DNA of 47,994 nucleotides, from assembly GCA_038243585.1 (NCBI GenBank), contig JBBSQY010000023.1, positions 1 through 47,994 on the forward strand. The letters are read 5' to 3'. Within the stretch, counting starts at the first letter, position 1, and every line of letters begins with the position of its first letter. The notes beneath the pieces are model-generated. The model was not told where the DNA came from, made no database searches, and was given only the letters and a program-made list of their open reading frames with translations. Positions 18,394 through 29,494 of this stretch are shown piece by piece. The position numbers were made by a program, and so were the translations under genes. Source of the stretch: Candidatus Sumerlaeales bacterium (GTDB lineage Bacteria > Sumerlaeota > Sumerlaeia > Sumerlaeales > Sumerlaeaceae).

Positions 18394-20052
18394 ATGACAC
18401 AAAAGTCTCCTAAGAGACCCGCCAACAATAAGCTATTTTTTATGTCGGCGGTACTGATATTCTCATCACTTTTTTTGATGGGTCAATTTTCCAAGACGGT
18501 TCGCAAGGCTGACGACAGCCAGTTTTGGGAATTCACAGCAATGTTTGCGGAAATTTACAGTGAAATCAAAGAGCGTTACGTTGAACCTGTAGATTCTAAA
18601 AAGCTGTTTGAGGGCGCGCTGCAGGGAATGTTTTTAACCCTTGATCCGCACTCGCAGTATATGGATCCAGATTCTTACAGCCAGCTGGAAAAGGATACCG
18701 AAGGCAGCTTTAGCGGTATCGGTATCCATATTACGCTTAAAGACGGCATTCTGACAGTAATTGCCCCGATTCCGGGGAGCCCAAGCGCAAAGGCCGGCGT
18801 TCAGCCATGGGATCGCATTATTGAGATTAATGGAAACAAGACCGAGGGCATTACCTTAATAGATGCTGTTAAAAAACTGACCGGTCCTACTGGGACGACC
18901 GTCGACGTTACGATCTATCGTGAAGGTGAATCCGAACCTCTGGAATTTACGCTTCCCCGACAGAACGTAAAAATCGAAAGCGTTTACGGAAAGATGCTGG
19001 AAGACTTTCCGGATATTGGATACGCGAGAATAACAAAATTCAGCGACAACACCGGTCGCGATCTTCGGAAGCACCTGGAGGATTTTAAGCAAAAGGGCGC
19101 TAAGGGTCTCATTATGGACCTGCGTTACAATACCGGTGGGCTTTTAAGTGAAGCGGTTAACGTATCTAACCTGTTCCTTCCCCGTGGCAAATTAATAGTT
19201 TCAACCAAAGGTCGCCTTGCGGATCAGAATAAAGAACTGCGCGGCTCGAACGATCCAGTGACTGACTTACCATTGATCATACTCATAAACAAAGGCAGCG
19301 CCAGCGCCAGTGAGATTTTTGCCGGCGCGGTTAAAGATCATGGTCGCGGTATAATTGTTGGAATGAAAGGTCAGCGTAGTTTTGGCAAGGGCTCTGTGCA
19401 GACCATTGAAGACCTCAGTCACTCTTTTGAAAAAGACGAAAACGAGAATTATCGTCCAGCTGCAATTCGTTTAACGACCGCCAAATATTATACCCCCAGC
19501 GGGATCAGCATCGATAAGATTGGTATTACGCCAGACATCGCGATTGAAATGCCTAAAGATGGTGAACTGAATCTGCTGAAGAATGGCTTGATTGGTGATC
19601 CGGATACGTCGGAAAGCGATGAGAGTACAAGCGAAACCGGGTTCACATGGAGCAAGTATAACTCCAAAACTTCCGGATCTCTAGTGGATTCCGCTTCTAC
19701 AACCACTGTTGATGCAGACGAGTCAACATCCGGCACGGACGACGAGAAGAACGGCGGCCTTGCTGGATCTGCGGTTATAGATGACGATAAGACAACCAAC
19801 CCGCAACCGAAAAGGATCATCCCTCTGGATCGCGCGCTGTTTCCGGATGCAGAAATTGCTGGAGAAAAGAAAAAAGAGCATGAGAAGCCTAAAGATAAAC
19901 CGAAAGATTTTATCGACTATCAGCTCCATAAGGCTGCGCAATTAATGAAAGAATGGATCACAAGCGGACGTGACCCCATTACACCTGACCCGACCGACAT
20001 AAAACCTGATCCGAAAGATCTGGCAGAGTCAGGAAGCGCGGCTTACGAATAA
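18394..20052 (+). CDS. ctpA: Carboxyl-terminal processing protease (S41) with PDZ domain
   Basis: LDPHS, FSGIGI, DLRYNTGG, SASASEIFAG, SFGKGSVQ, LTTAKYYTP, GITPD. Confidence 0.93.
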   Translation: MTQKSPKRPANNKLFFMSAVLIFSSLFLMGQFSKTVRKADDSQFWEFTAMFAEIYSEIKERYVEPVDSKKLFEGALQGMFLTLDPHSQYMDPDSYSQLEKDTEGSFSGIGIHITLKDGILTVIAPIPGSPSAKAGVQPWDRIIEINGNKTEGITLIDAVKKLTGPTGTTVDVTIYREGESEPLEFTLPRQNVKIESVYGKMLEDFPDIGYARITKFSDNTGRDLRKHLEDFKQKGAKGLIMDLRYNTGGLLSEAVNVSNLFLPRGKLIVSTKGRLADQNKELRGSNDPVTDLPLIILINKGSASASEIFAGAVKDHGRGIIVGMKGQRSFGKGSVQTIEDLSHSFEKDENENYRPAAIRLTTAKYYTPSGISIDKIGITPDIAIEMPKDGELNLLKNGLIGDPDTSESDESTSETGFTWSKYNSKTSGSLVDSASTTTVDADESTSGTDDEKNGGLAGSAVIDDDKTTNPQPKRIIPLDRALFPDAEIAGEKKKEHEKPKDKPKDFIDYQLHKAAQLMKEWITSGRDPITPDPTDIKPDPKDLAESGSAAYE

Positions 20053-20064
20053 AACGGTTATTAC

Positions 20065-20100
20065 AAACGGGCCTGGTTTCTCCAGGCCCGTTTTTTCTTT
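20065..20100 (+). terminator. Intrinsic terminator after ctpA
   Basis: AAACGGGCCTGG-tttct-CCAGGCCCGTTT followed by TTTCTTT. Confidence 0.85.
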
Positions 20101-20142
20101 GTACCTACGCTTGCATCAACCCTTTTAGGTGTAACGTCTAAA

Positions 20143-21555
20143 ATGTTCCCAAATGCCGACGATATTGATTTTCCCCTTTTAGAATTAAAGCCTAAGCAAA
20201 CGGCGGTATCTACGCCCCGACCACTTTCGGTTACCGAACTTACTCAAAAAATCAAACGACTCCTGGAAACCCAGATAGTTGATATTTTGGTGGAGGGTGA
20301 ACTCTCTGGATTTAAGGCGGCAAGCTCCGGTCACTTGTATTTTGATCTGAAGGATGCGGGGGCATTGATCCGCTGCATTATGTGGTCCACTGACGCTGGA
20401 AGATTAAAGTTTTGCCCCGATAATGGCGCAAAAGTAGAACTGCGAGGGCGTCTGACGGTTTATGATCAGCGCGGTCAATACCAGCTGACGGTTACCTCAA
20501 TGCGCCCCGCTGGTCTGGGAAAGCTATATCAAGCTTTTCTTGAGATGAAAGAGCGGCTAGCCACGGAAGGACTCTTTGATTCCGTTCATAAAAAGCCCCT
20601 GCCTCCTCATCCCACAGCAATAGGATTAGTCACTTCACCAACTGGAGCTGCTATCCGGGACATGCTCAATATTTTGAAACGCCGAGCGCCTCACATTCAC
20701 ATCTACCTGTTGCCGGTAAGGGTCCAAGGCGAGGGTTCGGCTTTAGAGATCGCGAAAGCTGTACGTCGCTTTAATGCGCTTCAGCTTGCTGTTGATGTTC
20801 TTATTGTAGGACGAGGGGGCGGATCCTTGGAGGACCTGTGGGCCTTTAATGAAGAGGTTGTCGCCCGCGCCATTTTCGACTCCAAAATCCCAGTCATTTC
20901 TGCGGTGGGACATGAAACCGACACTACAATAGCGGATTTTGCAGCCGACCTGCGAGCCCCAACACCTTCCGCGGCGGCAGAACTTGTGGCAAGAGATTCC
21001 AGTGAACTGGTTAAACACTTGCATTTGCTTCAAGCTCGGGCATTCAGGGCTATGAAAGAACATTCTTCTTTTCTACGACAGACTCCTCACCTAGCGATGC
21101 GACTTGAGGGGGCTGTGTTGCCGCGACTGGCAGCTTTCCGCTCACAATTAAAGGAGTTTGATAGGAGTTATGGCATTCAGCTGCCTCTTCAACGAGTAAA
21201 CCAGGGAAAACAGCACCACGATAGCCTTATGGAACAAATGAAGCGAACATTGCATGACAGAACCAGCCATTGCAAAACCAGCTTAACCGGCAACCAAACC
21301 CAGCTGCGAAACCTAAATCCTAAAGGAATTCTCAAACGCGGCTATAGCATTACCTATGATGCGACCTCCGACAAGATAATTCAGGACAGTAAAAAAGCAC
21401 CAGCTGGTACCGCACTTAATATAATACTGGGTCATGGCCAAATCTCCGCACAGGTTACTGGTGGATCAGGCGTTAAAAGTCCTGCTCGTCGCGGTCCTAT
21501 TAAGAAATTGAGCGCCGTGGAGTGGTTCGGCTCTGGCACTGATAACGATGAGTAG
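20143..21555 (+). CDS. xseA: Exodeoxyribonuclease VII large subunit
   Basis: SGHLYFDLKD, TSPTGAAIRD, RGGGSLEDLWAFN, SAVGHETD, APTPSAAAE, LKRGYSI. Confidence 0.95.
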   Translation: MFPNADDIDFPLLELKPKQTAVSTPRPLSVTELTQKIKRLLETQIVDILVEGELSGFKAASSGHLYFDLKDAGALIRCIMWSTDAGRLKFCPDNGAKVELRGRLTVYDQRGQYQLTVTSMRPAGLGKLYQAFLEMKERLATEGLFDSVHKKPLPPHPTAIGLVTSPTGAAIRDMLNILKRRAPHIHIYLLPVRVQGEGSALEIAKAVRRFNALQLAVDVLIVGRGGGSLEDLWAFNEEVVARAIFDSKIPVISAVGHETDTTIADFAADLRAPTPSAAAELVARDSSELVKHLHLLQARAFRAMKEHSSFLRQTPHLAMRLEGAVLPRLAAFRSQLKEFDRSYGIQLPLQRVNQGKQHHDSLMEQMKRTLHDRTSHCKTSLTGNQTQLRNLNPKGILKRGYSITYDATSDKIIQDSKKAPAGTALNIILGHGQISAQVTGGSGVKSPARRGPIKKLSAVEWFGSGTDNDE

Positions 21556-22327
21556 TCGCGAAAAAACTAAAAAAGACCTGAAAGCGTCGTTAGTGGATGA
21601 GTGGGTGGCGTCAAAGTCCCCTGAGGTCGTGCAAGAAATGTTTACTTCGATCTCCCCTACATACGATCTGCTAAATCATCTGCTGAGCGCAGGCATCGAT
21701 AAACGGTGGCGCAGTACTCTGGCGGCCAAAACAATCGGCGCAGATACTCGAACGATTTTAGACGTGTGTGGCGGTACAGGAGACTTAAGTGTTAGCTTGG
21801 CATCGCGGGCTCAGGAACTTAATCTGCGGCCTTTAATTGTCTGTTCCGATTTCACTACAGCGATGACAAAAATCGCCCGGCTTAAATTTCTTAAGGGTTC
21901 TATAAAGAGCCTAATATCACCCGCTCCGCTTGTTGCAGACACAACAGCGCTGCCTTTTGCGGACGATTCATTTGATCTGGTTACCGTGGCATTCGGTATT
22001 CGAAATGTCGTGGACCCGATGCTGGGACTGCGAGAAATGGCAAGGGTATGTAAGCCGGGCGGGCAGGTGGCGGTTCTCGAATTCAGCAAGACCAGACACG
22101 CCTCAATTAACAAGGCCTTTAGCCTATATTTTTCGAGGATTTTGCCGACGATCGGGCGCGTCGTTACAGGCACTCGGGCGTACAGCTACTTATCCAAATC
22201 CGTTGCACAATTTCCGGAAGGCGCCGAATTTCAAGTAATGCTCGCGTCAGCAACCGGAACCGAGGCAACTGCCCAAAAGCTTTCTTTTGGTATAGCGACG
22301 ATATATATAAGCCGCAAGATCTGCTAA
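21548..22327 (+). CDS. ubiE: UbiE/MenG quinone C-methyltransferase
   Basis: YDLLNHLLSAGIDKRWR, LDVCGGTGD, LPFADDSFD, AFGIRNV, RVCKPGG, AYSYL. Confidence 0.9.
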   Translation: MSSREKTKKDLKASLVDEWVASKSPEVVQEMFTSISPTYDLLNHLLSAGIDKRWRSTLAAKTIGADTRTILDVCGGTGDLSVSLASRAQELNLRPLIVCSDFTTAMTKIARLKFLKGSIKSLISPAPLVADTTALPFADDSFDLVTVAFGIRNVVDPMLGLREMARVCKPGGQVAVLEFSKTRHASINKAFSLYFSRILPTIGRVVTGTRAYSYLSKSVAQFPEGAEFQVMLASATGTEATAQKLSFGIATIYISRKIC

Positions 22328-22368
22328 ATCTCCATTCATTCCTAATATGACATTTACACAGTGCATAT

Positions 22369-22403
22369 AAAAAAATCCCGCCGGAGATTATCTTCCGGCG
22401 GGA
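22369..22403 (-). terminator. Intrinsic terminator after infB
   Basis: TCCCGCCGGA-N8-TCCGGCGGGA with a 7-T tract on the minus strand. Confidence 0.85.
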
Positions 22404-22428
22404 GTGCAATTTGTGCCCTAATTCTTTT

Positions 22429-25400
22429 TTATGAGACTGTGACAGAAGCCAATGTAGGAGCAATCTGTTCGAGTTCGTAGGCCTCGATTACATCGCCCTC
22501 TTTAACATCGTTAAAGTTTGCAACAGTGACGCCGCATTCCATGCCGGTCGTAACCTTTTTAACGTCTTCTTTCACACGACGCAAGCTGCCCAGCTGTCCG
22601 TCATATACAACCACACTATCACGCAGCAGACGCACCTTACAGTCGCGGATAAGATCGCCGTCTTTGACATAACAACCAGCGATGTTACCCAGGCGAGATG
22701 CGCGGAATACCTGTCGGACTTCCGCATGACCAAGAATGTGTTCCTTGAACGTTGGTGAAAGCATACCGACAATTGCGGCTTTAACATCCTCAATAAGGTC
22801 GTAAATAATACGATACGTCTTGATGTCCACGCCTTCAGAATTAGCAAGCTCCTGCGCCCCGGATTCAGGTCGAACGTTGAAGCCGATAATTACGGCGTCG
22901 GATGCTGCTGCCAAACTGACGTCGCTCTCGTTGATTCCACCCACGGCTGTGTGCAGAATACGTATTTTAATTTCATCGCTGGTGATTTTCTCAAGTGACT
23001 GTCGAATCGCTTCGACAGAGCCTTGAACATCTGCCTTGATGATCATGTTGAGGTCTTTAGTCTTGCCTTCTTCGATGAACTCATGAAGGTTTTCTAACGT
23101 TACATGCTTGTTCGCAATAGGAGCGAAATCGGTTGCCCTACGACGGAATTCGCGTCGTTCGGCAATGTCCCGGGCGATTTGCTCATCCGGAACTACAACT
23201 ACCGTTTCACCAGCGCTTGGTGATCCTGTCAGACCGATAATCTCAGCCGGATGGGATGGGCCAGCTTCTTTAATTGACTTACCTTTATCATTGTTCATCG
23301 CCCGTACACGGCCACTAACGTCGCCAGACACAAAGTGATCGCCGACGCGCAATGTACCCCGATGGACGAGGACGGTCGCAACCGCACCACGGTTTGGATC
23401 AAGGTGTGATTCAATGATATAACCTTGTGCCGGACGATTTGGATTGGCTTTCAGGTCGAGAATTTCCGCCTGTAGAGCCACCATTTCCAACAGATTATCA
23501 ACATTTAAGCCGGTCTTCGCGCTTATCTCGACGAAAATGGTGTCTCCACCAAAATCTTCAGAGATCAAGTTGTGCTGCAGGGCTTCCTGTTTTACTTTGG
23601 CTGGATCGGCAGAAGGCAAATCGATTTTGTTGATTGCGACTACGATGGGCACTTCTGCCGCCCTCGCATGGTTCAAGGCCTCAATAGTCTGAGGCATGAA
23701 TCCATCATTTGCCGCAACTACGAGTATGACCAGGTCGGTTACGCCAGCCCCACGAGCACGCATGCTTGTAAAGGCTTCATGGCCGGGCGTATCCAGAAAC
23801 ACAATGTCGCCTTTTGCTGTGTGAACAAGGTAGGCACCGATGTGTTGCGTGATGCCGCCAAATTCTCCAGCCATGACTTTTGAGCTTCTGACATAATCAA
23901 GCAAGCTGGTCTTACCGTGATCGACGTGACCCATGATTGTGACCACGGGTGGCCGACGCACGAGAGTGTCGGGATCATCTTCTCCAACGTACTCTTCAAC
24001 ATCGTACTCGTCACCAACAGGAATGATTTCCAGCTCAACGTTATAGTCCGGTGCCAGCAACTGAATGAGATCCTCATTCAGAATTGCATTCATGTTCAAT
24101 GCTTCGCCCATATCCACTAATACTTTGCGGATAATTTCCGTTGGCTGCACGCCAATTTTATCAGCGAACTGGGCAACGGTAATGGGACCTTCTATGGTTA
24201 CTGACCTTGGCCCCATCTGCCGCACGTCCTGATTGTTGCGCTGCATCTTGCGCGGACGACGTGCGCGACCCCCACCAAAGCGAGACCTGCCACCAAAATT
24301 CTGCTGCGGAAATGCGCCCCGCGGCGGAACCGGATTTTTAGGTTTCGCTGTGATTGTCATATCTTCGTCGAGTTCAAAGATCTTACGTGGCGCTACTTTT
24401 CCACGTGGTTTCTTGTCTGCCGGACGACGTTCTTTTTCTTTATCAGTTCTACGACCCTGTGGCTTATCGAGCCGCATGACACCAATCTGGGGCAAGTTCG
24501 ATTCACTAAGTGCACCAGAGAAGCCGCTCTCTCGTCCACCACCAGGTCCGCGAGCCTGCTGTCCCTGACGTGGCGGTCCGCCCGGAGGACCAAATCTTTG
24601 GCCGCCCTGCGGAGGTCCACCTGGACGCTGTCCCTGATATCCTGGCCGATCGCCGCTGGGACGCTGTCCCTGATAACCCGGTCTATCCCCACTGGGGCGC
24701 TGACCCTGATAACCAGGTCTGTCGCCACCAGGACGATCACCACTGGGGCGCTGCCCCTGGTATCCAGGCCGATCTCCTGGCGGACGTGTGCCTTGATAAC
24801 CCGGCCTGTCTCCTGGCGGACGTGTTCCCTGATATCCAGGGCGATCTCCAGCTGGACGCGGCGGACGATCCTGATAACTCCCGGCAGGACGCTGGCCCTG
24901 CTGCGGAGGTCTAGGGCGAAATTCTCCACCCTGCTGTGGAGGTCTTCCCTGTCCTGGAGTCTGGGGCTGCCCTGGAGCGCCTTGGGGGCGAAATCCACCG
25001 GCTGGCCGCTCTCCTGTGCGTGGAGGGCGCTGCTGTCCCTGATAGCCAGTTCCTTCCGGACGCGGGCCTTGACGTTCCTGTCCCTGTGGAGCAGGGCGAG
25101 GGGCGGGACGTTCGGGTTCCGTTCTCACTGGTCGCGGCGCTACTGGCGGTGGCGGTGGGGCTATTCTTGGGCGAAAATTAGCGGGACGTTTTGGTATGGG
25201 CATCCCGAGGCTTCGTAACCGTTCATCTTCTTTGTTTCTGCGGCTGTCTTCGTCTTTTTGCTGACGAAGAGCGTCCTCGCGCGCTTTACGTTCGGAGAGC
25301 TTACGCTGACGATCAGCGGCACGGGCGTCTTCCTCAGCTTTTTGCTGGGCGGAAACCTGAGCTTTTTGTTTCGTCTCAGTTTCTCGACGACCTTCGTCTT

Positions 25401-25662
25401 CTTTGCGACGACTTTCCTCATCCTTGCGTTTGCGCTCTTCATCCTTGCGGACGCGTTCTTCATCCTTCTTTTTACGCTCATCCGCGACCTGGGCCTGTTG
25501 ATCAGCCTTAAACTTGTCTATCAACGGCATCATCTTGCGGATGTCCTTGTCCTCGACATTCGCGCTCGGACTAGGCTTGATCGCAATACGGTGCTTCTTC
25601 GCGATAGCAATGACTTCTTTGCTTTCCAGTTGTGTTGCTTTGGCTAGCTCGTGAACCCTCAT
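22429..25662 (-). CDS. infB: Translation initiation factor IF-2
   Basis: [48 protein letters not shown]. Confidence 0.97.
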   Translation of the reverse strand: MRVHELAKATQLESKEVIAIAKKHRIAIKPSPSANVEDKDIRKMMPLIDKFKADQQAQVADERKKKDEERVRKDEERKRKDEESRRKEDEGRRETETKQKAQVSAQQKAEEDARAADRQRKLSERKAREDALRQQKDEDSRRNKEDERLRSLGMPIPKRPANFRPRIAPPPPPVAPRPVRTEPERPAPRPAPQGQERQGPRPEGTGYQGQQRPPRTGERPAGGFRPQGAPGQPQTPGQGRPPQQGGEFRPRPPQQGQRPAGSYQDRPPRPAGDRPGYQGTRPPGDRPGYQGTRPPGDRPGYQGQRPSGDRPGGDRPGYQGQRPSGDRPGYQGQRPSGDRPGYQGQRPGGPPQGGQRFGPPGGPPRQGQQARGPGGGRESGFSGALSESNLPQIGVMRLDKPQGRRTDKEKERRPADKKPRGKVAPRKIFELDEDMTITAKPKNPVPPRGAFPQQNFGGRSRFGGGRARRPRKMQRNNQDVRQMGPRSVTIEGPITVAQFADKIGVQPTEIIRKVLVDMGEALNMNAILNEDLIQLLAPDYNVELEIIPVGDEYDVEEYVGEDDPDTLVRRPPVVTIMGHVDHGKTSLLDYVRSSKVMAGEFGGITQHIGAYLVHTAKGDIVFLDTPGHEAFTSMRARGAGVTDLVILVVAANDGFMPQTIEALNHARAAEVPIVVAINKIDLPSADPAKVKQEALQHNLISEDFGGDTIFVEISAKTGLNVDNLLEMVALQAEILDLKANPNRPAQGYIIESHLDPNRGAVATVLVHRGTLRVGDHFVSGDVSGRVRAMNNDKGKSIKEAGPSHPAEIIGLTGSPSAGETVVVVPDEQIARDIAERREFRRRATDFAPIANKHVTLENLHEFIEEGKTKDLNMIIKADVQGSVEAIRQSLEKITSDEIKIRILHTAVGGINESDVSLAAASDAVIIGFNVRPESGAQELANSEGVDIKTYRIIYDLIEDVKAAIVGMLSPTFKEHILGHAEVRQVFRASRLGNIAGCYVKDGDLIRDCKVRLLRDSVVVYDGQLGSLRRVKEDVKKVTTGMECGVTVANFNDVKEGDVIEAYELEQIAPTLASVTVS
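24619..24849 (-). repeat. Coding repeat in IF2 N-terminal region: six GDRPGYQG(T/Q)RP(P/S/G) 12-mers plus one GDRPG
   Basis: Directly visible in translation and in DNA (36-nt period). Confidence 0.9.
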
Positions 25663-25705
25663 TCATTACCCCATGCGGCTTAGCACCTGTTCCGGCGCCA
25701 ACGGC

Positions 25706-25711
25706 ATTATA
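25706..25711 (-). promoter_or_regulatory. Candidate -10 box for infB
   Basis: TATAAT about 43 nt upstream of the ATG in AT-rich context; -35 not convincing. Confidence 0.4.
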
Positions 25712-26069
25712 TTTTCTATAAAGTTAAGTGAACAGCAAACGGCCGCACTTTGCCGCGCGACCGTTGAACATGACAAAAACCGCATCAGCACGAGCGTGAC
25801 GGCCCGGTGCGCGGTTCAAGCATTCGCTGAAGATAATTAAAAGCGGCTATAAGAAAGACCATAAGATACGTCTAAACCGCAATTCCTCAGCTATCCATGC
25901 TTTTCACCCTTCGTCGTTACTCAACGTTCTTGCGGCAAGGCAAAGCCATTACCGGTTTTATACTACCACTACTTAAGAACTTCCTTCAAAAGCGGCTAAC
26001 ATTAGGACATGATCTTTTTATACATTCTGGTGTTGCGCATCGCTTTTTCTTCCCCTTGTTAATGTTTGT

Positions 26070-27797
26070 ATGGATCGATTCTTTGACTCTGAAGCAGAAC
26101 CCGAAACGCAGACTCAGCTGCAGCCGTTAAAAGCCAACAGGGCCGATAAGCTAAAAATTATCCCGCTCGGTGGAGTCGGCGAAATCGGCATGAACATGAT
26201 GCTGTTCGAATACGGCAGCGACCTTTTCGCCATCGACTGTGGTCAAACATTCCCGGAAGAAGAGCTTCTTGGGGTGGACTTTGTAATTCCAGATATCGGA
26301 TATGTGCTGGAAAACCGTAGTCGGTTTAGGGGCATTCTGCTCACGCACGCCCACGATGATCATATTGGAGCTCTTCCGTATCTATTGCGCCAGATACGCG
26401 CACCTATTTATGGAACTGCTTTAACATGCGCGATGGTTCGCGAGCGTTTAAAAGAATGGCAGTTGGACAAAGAGGTCGAGCTAATTGTCGTTAAACCTCG
26501 ACAGATTTTTAATATTGGAGACGTGGAGATTGAGTATATCCACGTAACCCACAGCATTCCTGACGCCGCCGCGATTGCTATTCGCCTTCCTTTCGGCGTC
26601 ATCATTCACACGGGCGATTATAAAATCGACCCGACCCCCATGGATGGCAAGCCATTCGATTATGGCGCCTTTGCGCAGTACGGAGATAAAGGGGTTCTAG
26701 CACTTCTTGCGGATTCCACAAATGTTGAAAGAGACGGTTTCTCCCGCAGCGAACGGGAAGTTCTTGATCCGATCGACCGGATTTTTGCGGACGCTCCAAG
26801 GTCTATTATTTTCGCGTGCTTCTCATCTTCCATTCACAGAATTCAATGTGTACTCAACCTGGCGATCAAGCATAAGAAGAAGGTGTTTGTTTCCGGGTTA
26901 AACATGATTCGAAATATTCGAATTGCCGGTGAAGTCGGTGCGCTATTTTTTCCTCCAGACCTTATCTACGAATTCAGAGATTTGAAGCAGGTGCCTCCTG
27001 AAAAGCGAATCATTCTGACTACAGGTAGCCAGGGCGAACCCATGAGCGCGCTGAGCCGTTTGTCGCGAGATGAACATCGTGACGTAAAAATCAAGCAAAG
27101 CGACAGGGTAATTTTATCCAGCAGAATCATACCCGGTAATGAAACTGCAATTTACCGCATGATTAACCACTTTTTTCGCCGTGGTGCGGAAGTATTTTAT
27201 GCCGACGTTGCGGGTGTGCATGTCTCGGGCCACGCCGCCCGCGAGGAAATGCGCCAAATGATCGCTCTTTGCCGGCCAAAGTACCTTCTCCCTATCCATG
27301 GTGAGTTTCGCCATCTCATTGAGCATAAACATCTTGGTGTGGAGATGGGCATTGATCCGGAAAAAATCTTTATTATGCAAAACGGCGACGTTATTGAAAT
27401 GGACGCGGACGGTGCCGCGCGCGGTGAACGCATTCATGTAAGCCGGGTTTTAGTTGATGGCCGGGATGTAGGTAACATCGATGAAGTGGTACTTAGAGAT
27501 CGACGTCACCTGGCTGAAGACGGCATGGTCATTGTGATGCTGGTCATTGAAAAGTCATCCGTGCAGCTGGTCGCGGGGCCAGATATTGTAAGCCGTGGAT
27601 TTCTTTACATGGATGAAAACGAAGATTTTTTTGAACAATGCAAAGCTGTCACCCTCGAGGCGTTTGAACAATGTCAGAAGGAGAGCAAGGAAGAATGGGC
27701 AATTGTAAAAGCAGAGGTACGGCGTGCGCTTAAAAAATACATCAAGAACGAAACAGGCAGGTTTCCAGTAATACTGCCCGTAGTACTTGAGATATAA
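26070..27797 (+). CDS. rnj: Ribonuclease J
   Basis: LGGVGEIGMN, THAHDDHIG, HSIPD, TGDYKID, DSTN, TGSQGEP, HVSGH, PIHGE. Confidence 0.96.
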   Translation: MDRFFDSEAEPETQTQLQPLKANRADKLKIIPLGGVGEIGMNMMLFEYGSDLFAIDCGQTFPEEELLGVDFVIPDIGYVLENRSRFRGILLTHAHDDHIGALPYLLRQIRAPIYGTALTCAMVRERLKEWQLDKEVELIVVKPRQIFNIGDVEIEYIHVTHSIPDAAAIAIRLPFGVIIHTGDYKIDPTPMDGKPFDYGAFAQYGDKGVLALLADSTNVERDGFSRSEREVLDPIDRIFADAPRSIIFACFSSSIHRIQCVLNLAIKHKKKVFVSGLNMIRNIRIAGEVGALFFPPDLIYEFRDLKQVPPEKRIILTTGSQGEPMSALSRLSRDEHRDVKIKQSDRVILSSRIIPGNETAIYRMINHFFRRGAEVFYADVAGVHVSGHAAREEMRQMIALCRPKYLLPIHGEFRHLIEHKHLGVEMGIDPEKIFIMQNGDVIEMDADGAARGERIHVSRVLVDGRDVGNIDEVVLRDRRHLAEDGMVIVMLVIEKSSVQLVAGPDIVSRGFLYMDENEDFFEQCKAVTLEAFEQCQKESKEEWAIVKAEVRRALKKYIKNETGRFPVILPVVLEI

Positions 27798-27894
27798 AAT
27801 AGTTTAGAGCCGGTCGTTTTCTTTATATTTTAGTTCCCTGCATCACGCCTCGGAAGAGGTAAGTCCATTATCTTAAGCTCTAGGAGAACATCTG

Positions 27895-28959
27895 TTGGAA
27901 ATCTCAGAATTACTGCGAATGACCATGGAACGGGGTGCGTCAGATCTGCACCTGGCTGTGGGCAGGCCACCCGTGTTACGAATTGACGGACGAATTCTAA
28001 ATGTAGACGCTCCCCCACTTTCTCCCGCAGATACGCGTCGTCTTATTTACGGTGTGCTGACTGACCTCCAAAAGCAGAAATTTGAAGACTCTAAAGAGCT
28101 TGATTTTTCTCTTAGCGTTTCAAACCTAAGCAGATTTCGGGTGAACGTGCATTTCCAGCGTGGTACTGTAGCTGCAGCTTTTCGCGCGATAACGTCTACG
28201 ATTCGGAACTTCGAGGAACTGCACCTTCCTATTCGGGTTTGTGAAAAGTTGGCTCGTCGCCCCTCTGGTCTTGTTTTGCTTACAGGTCCAACAGGTTCGG
28301 GAAAATCAACATCACTGGCGGCCATAATAGATCTTATAAACTCTGAGCGCGAATGCCATATTATTACGGTAGAAGATCCCATTGAGTATCTCCACAGTCA
28401 TAAAAAAGCTTTAATTGAACAGCGGGAGGTCAACGAGGATACGTTTTCTTTTGCAAACGCGCTTAAGTATTCTCTTAGGCAGGATCCTGATGTCATTATG
28501 GTTGGGGAAATGCGCGATCTGGAAACGATTTCTTCTGCAATCACTGCCGCCGAAACTGGTCACTTGGTCTTTAGTACTCTGCACACAGTGGACGTGGCGC
28601 AGACCATTGATAGAGTAATTGACGTGTTTCCGCCGCACCAGCAGGAGCAGGTTCGGACGCAACTTGCCGGCGTCATTGAAGGAATTCTGTGTCAGACACT
28701 TCTCCCGGCTGTTTCCGGTCGCGGACGCAGCCTTGCAGTAGAGGTCTTGTTGGGCACAGACGCTGTTCGCAGCCTTATACGTGAAGGCAAAACTCACCAG
28801 ATTTATACACAGGTGGAAGCCAGTGGCGGGCTGGGAATGCAAACTATGGATCGCGCTATAGCTGATTTGTATAAACGGGGACGAATCAGCCGTGAAACGG
28901 CGCTTACTCATGCTAGAAAACCGGAAGAGCTGAAGCGGCACATGCAACAGCTAGTTTGA
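27895..28959 (+). CDS. pilT: Type IV pilus retraction ATPase PilT
   Basis: ASDLHL, GPTGSGKSTS, TVEDPIE, RQDPDVIMVGEMRD, AETGH..STLH, LIREGK, GMQTMD; SD AGGAG then TTG. Confidence 0.93.
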   Translation: MEISELLRMTMERGASDLHLAVGRPPVLRIDGRILNVDAPPLSPADTRRLIYGVLTDLQKQKFEDSKELDFSLSVSNLSRFRVNVHFQRGTVAAAFRAITSTIRNFEELHLPIRVCEKLARRPSGLVLLTGPTGSGKSTSLAAIIDLINSERECHIITVEDPIEYLHSHKKALIEQREVNEDTFSFANALKYSLRQDPDVIMVGEMRDLETISSAITAAETGHLVFSTLHTVDVAQTIDRVIDVFPPHQQEQVRTQLAGVIEGILCQTLLPAVSGRGRSLAVEVLLGTDAVRSLIREGKTHQIYTQVEASGGLGMQTMDRAIADLYKRGRISRETALTHARKPEELKRHMQQLV

Positions 28960-28995
28960 CACAAGCAATTGTTAGGGTTTGAAAGAGTATAATTA

Positions 28996-29445
28996 ATGGC
29001 GGGTACTTTTGTGGAAATGGAACTTCGGGAAATACATATTTCCGAAGATCCGCGCGACCTGCCAATTATCATTCTGGCCGAAAAAAACGGTAACAGGGAG
29101 TTTCCTATATTCGTTGGACATGTAGAGGCTCACGTACTCGAAGAGGCAATCATAGGATCAGTTGTTCATTTCTCTGGCCAGGCCAAGCGCCCTTTAACAC
29201 ATGATCTGATCCTGAATACATTCGGCGGATTAAAAGCAGAATTTAAACGAGTACTGATAACCCGGCTTGAAGGCGGCACTTTTTATGGTGCTCTCGAGCT
29301 GGCTCGCGAGCAAGGCGAGCTTGTAGAAATTGATAGCAGGCCCAGTGACGCTATGGTGCTTGCGATGAAGTGCAAAATTCCAATCTTTGTAGAGGAGAAT
29401 GTTCTTGCTGAGGTGCAACAGGGAAACTTCGACAATCCGGATTAA
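28996..29445 (+). CDS. Bifunctional nuclease family protein (DUF151)
   Basis: FPIFVG..EA, RPLTHDL, GTFYG.L, IDSRPSDA. Confidence 0.9.
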   Translation: MAGTFVEMELREIHISEDPRDLPIIILAEKNGNREFPIFVGHVEAHVLEEAIIGSVVHFSGQAKRPLTHDLILNTFGGLKAEFKRVLITRLEGGTFYGALELAREQGELVEIDSRPSDAMVLAMKCKIPIFVEENVLAEVQQGNFDNPD

Positions 29446-29494
29446 ATCTATATCATACCAAAAGAATTTACGATACCGTTATGTTTTCCCGACA

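Noticed and set aside
24393..25647. Several 100-200 aa overlapping ORFs within infB
   Set aside because: By-products of low-complexity GC-rich IF2 coding sequence; no motifs or RBS
25897..26130. 77-aa ORF upstream of rnj
   Set aside because: No SD, no recognisable motif, and it overlaps the rnj start region
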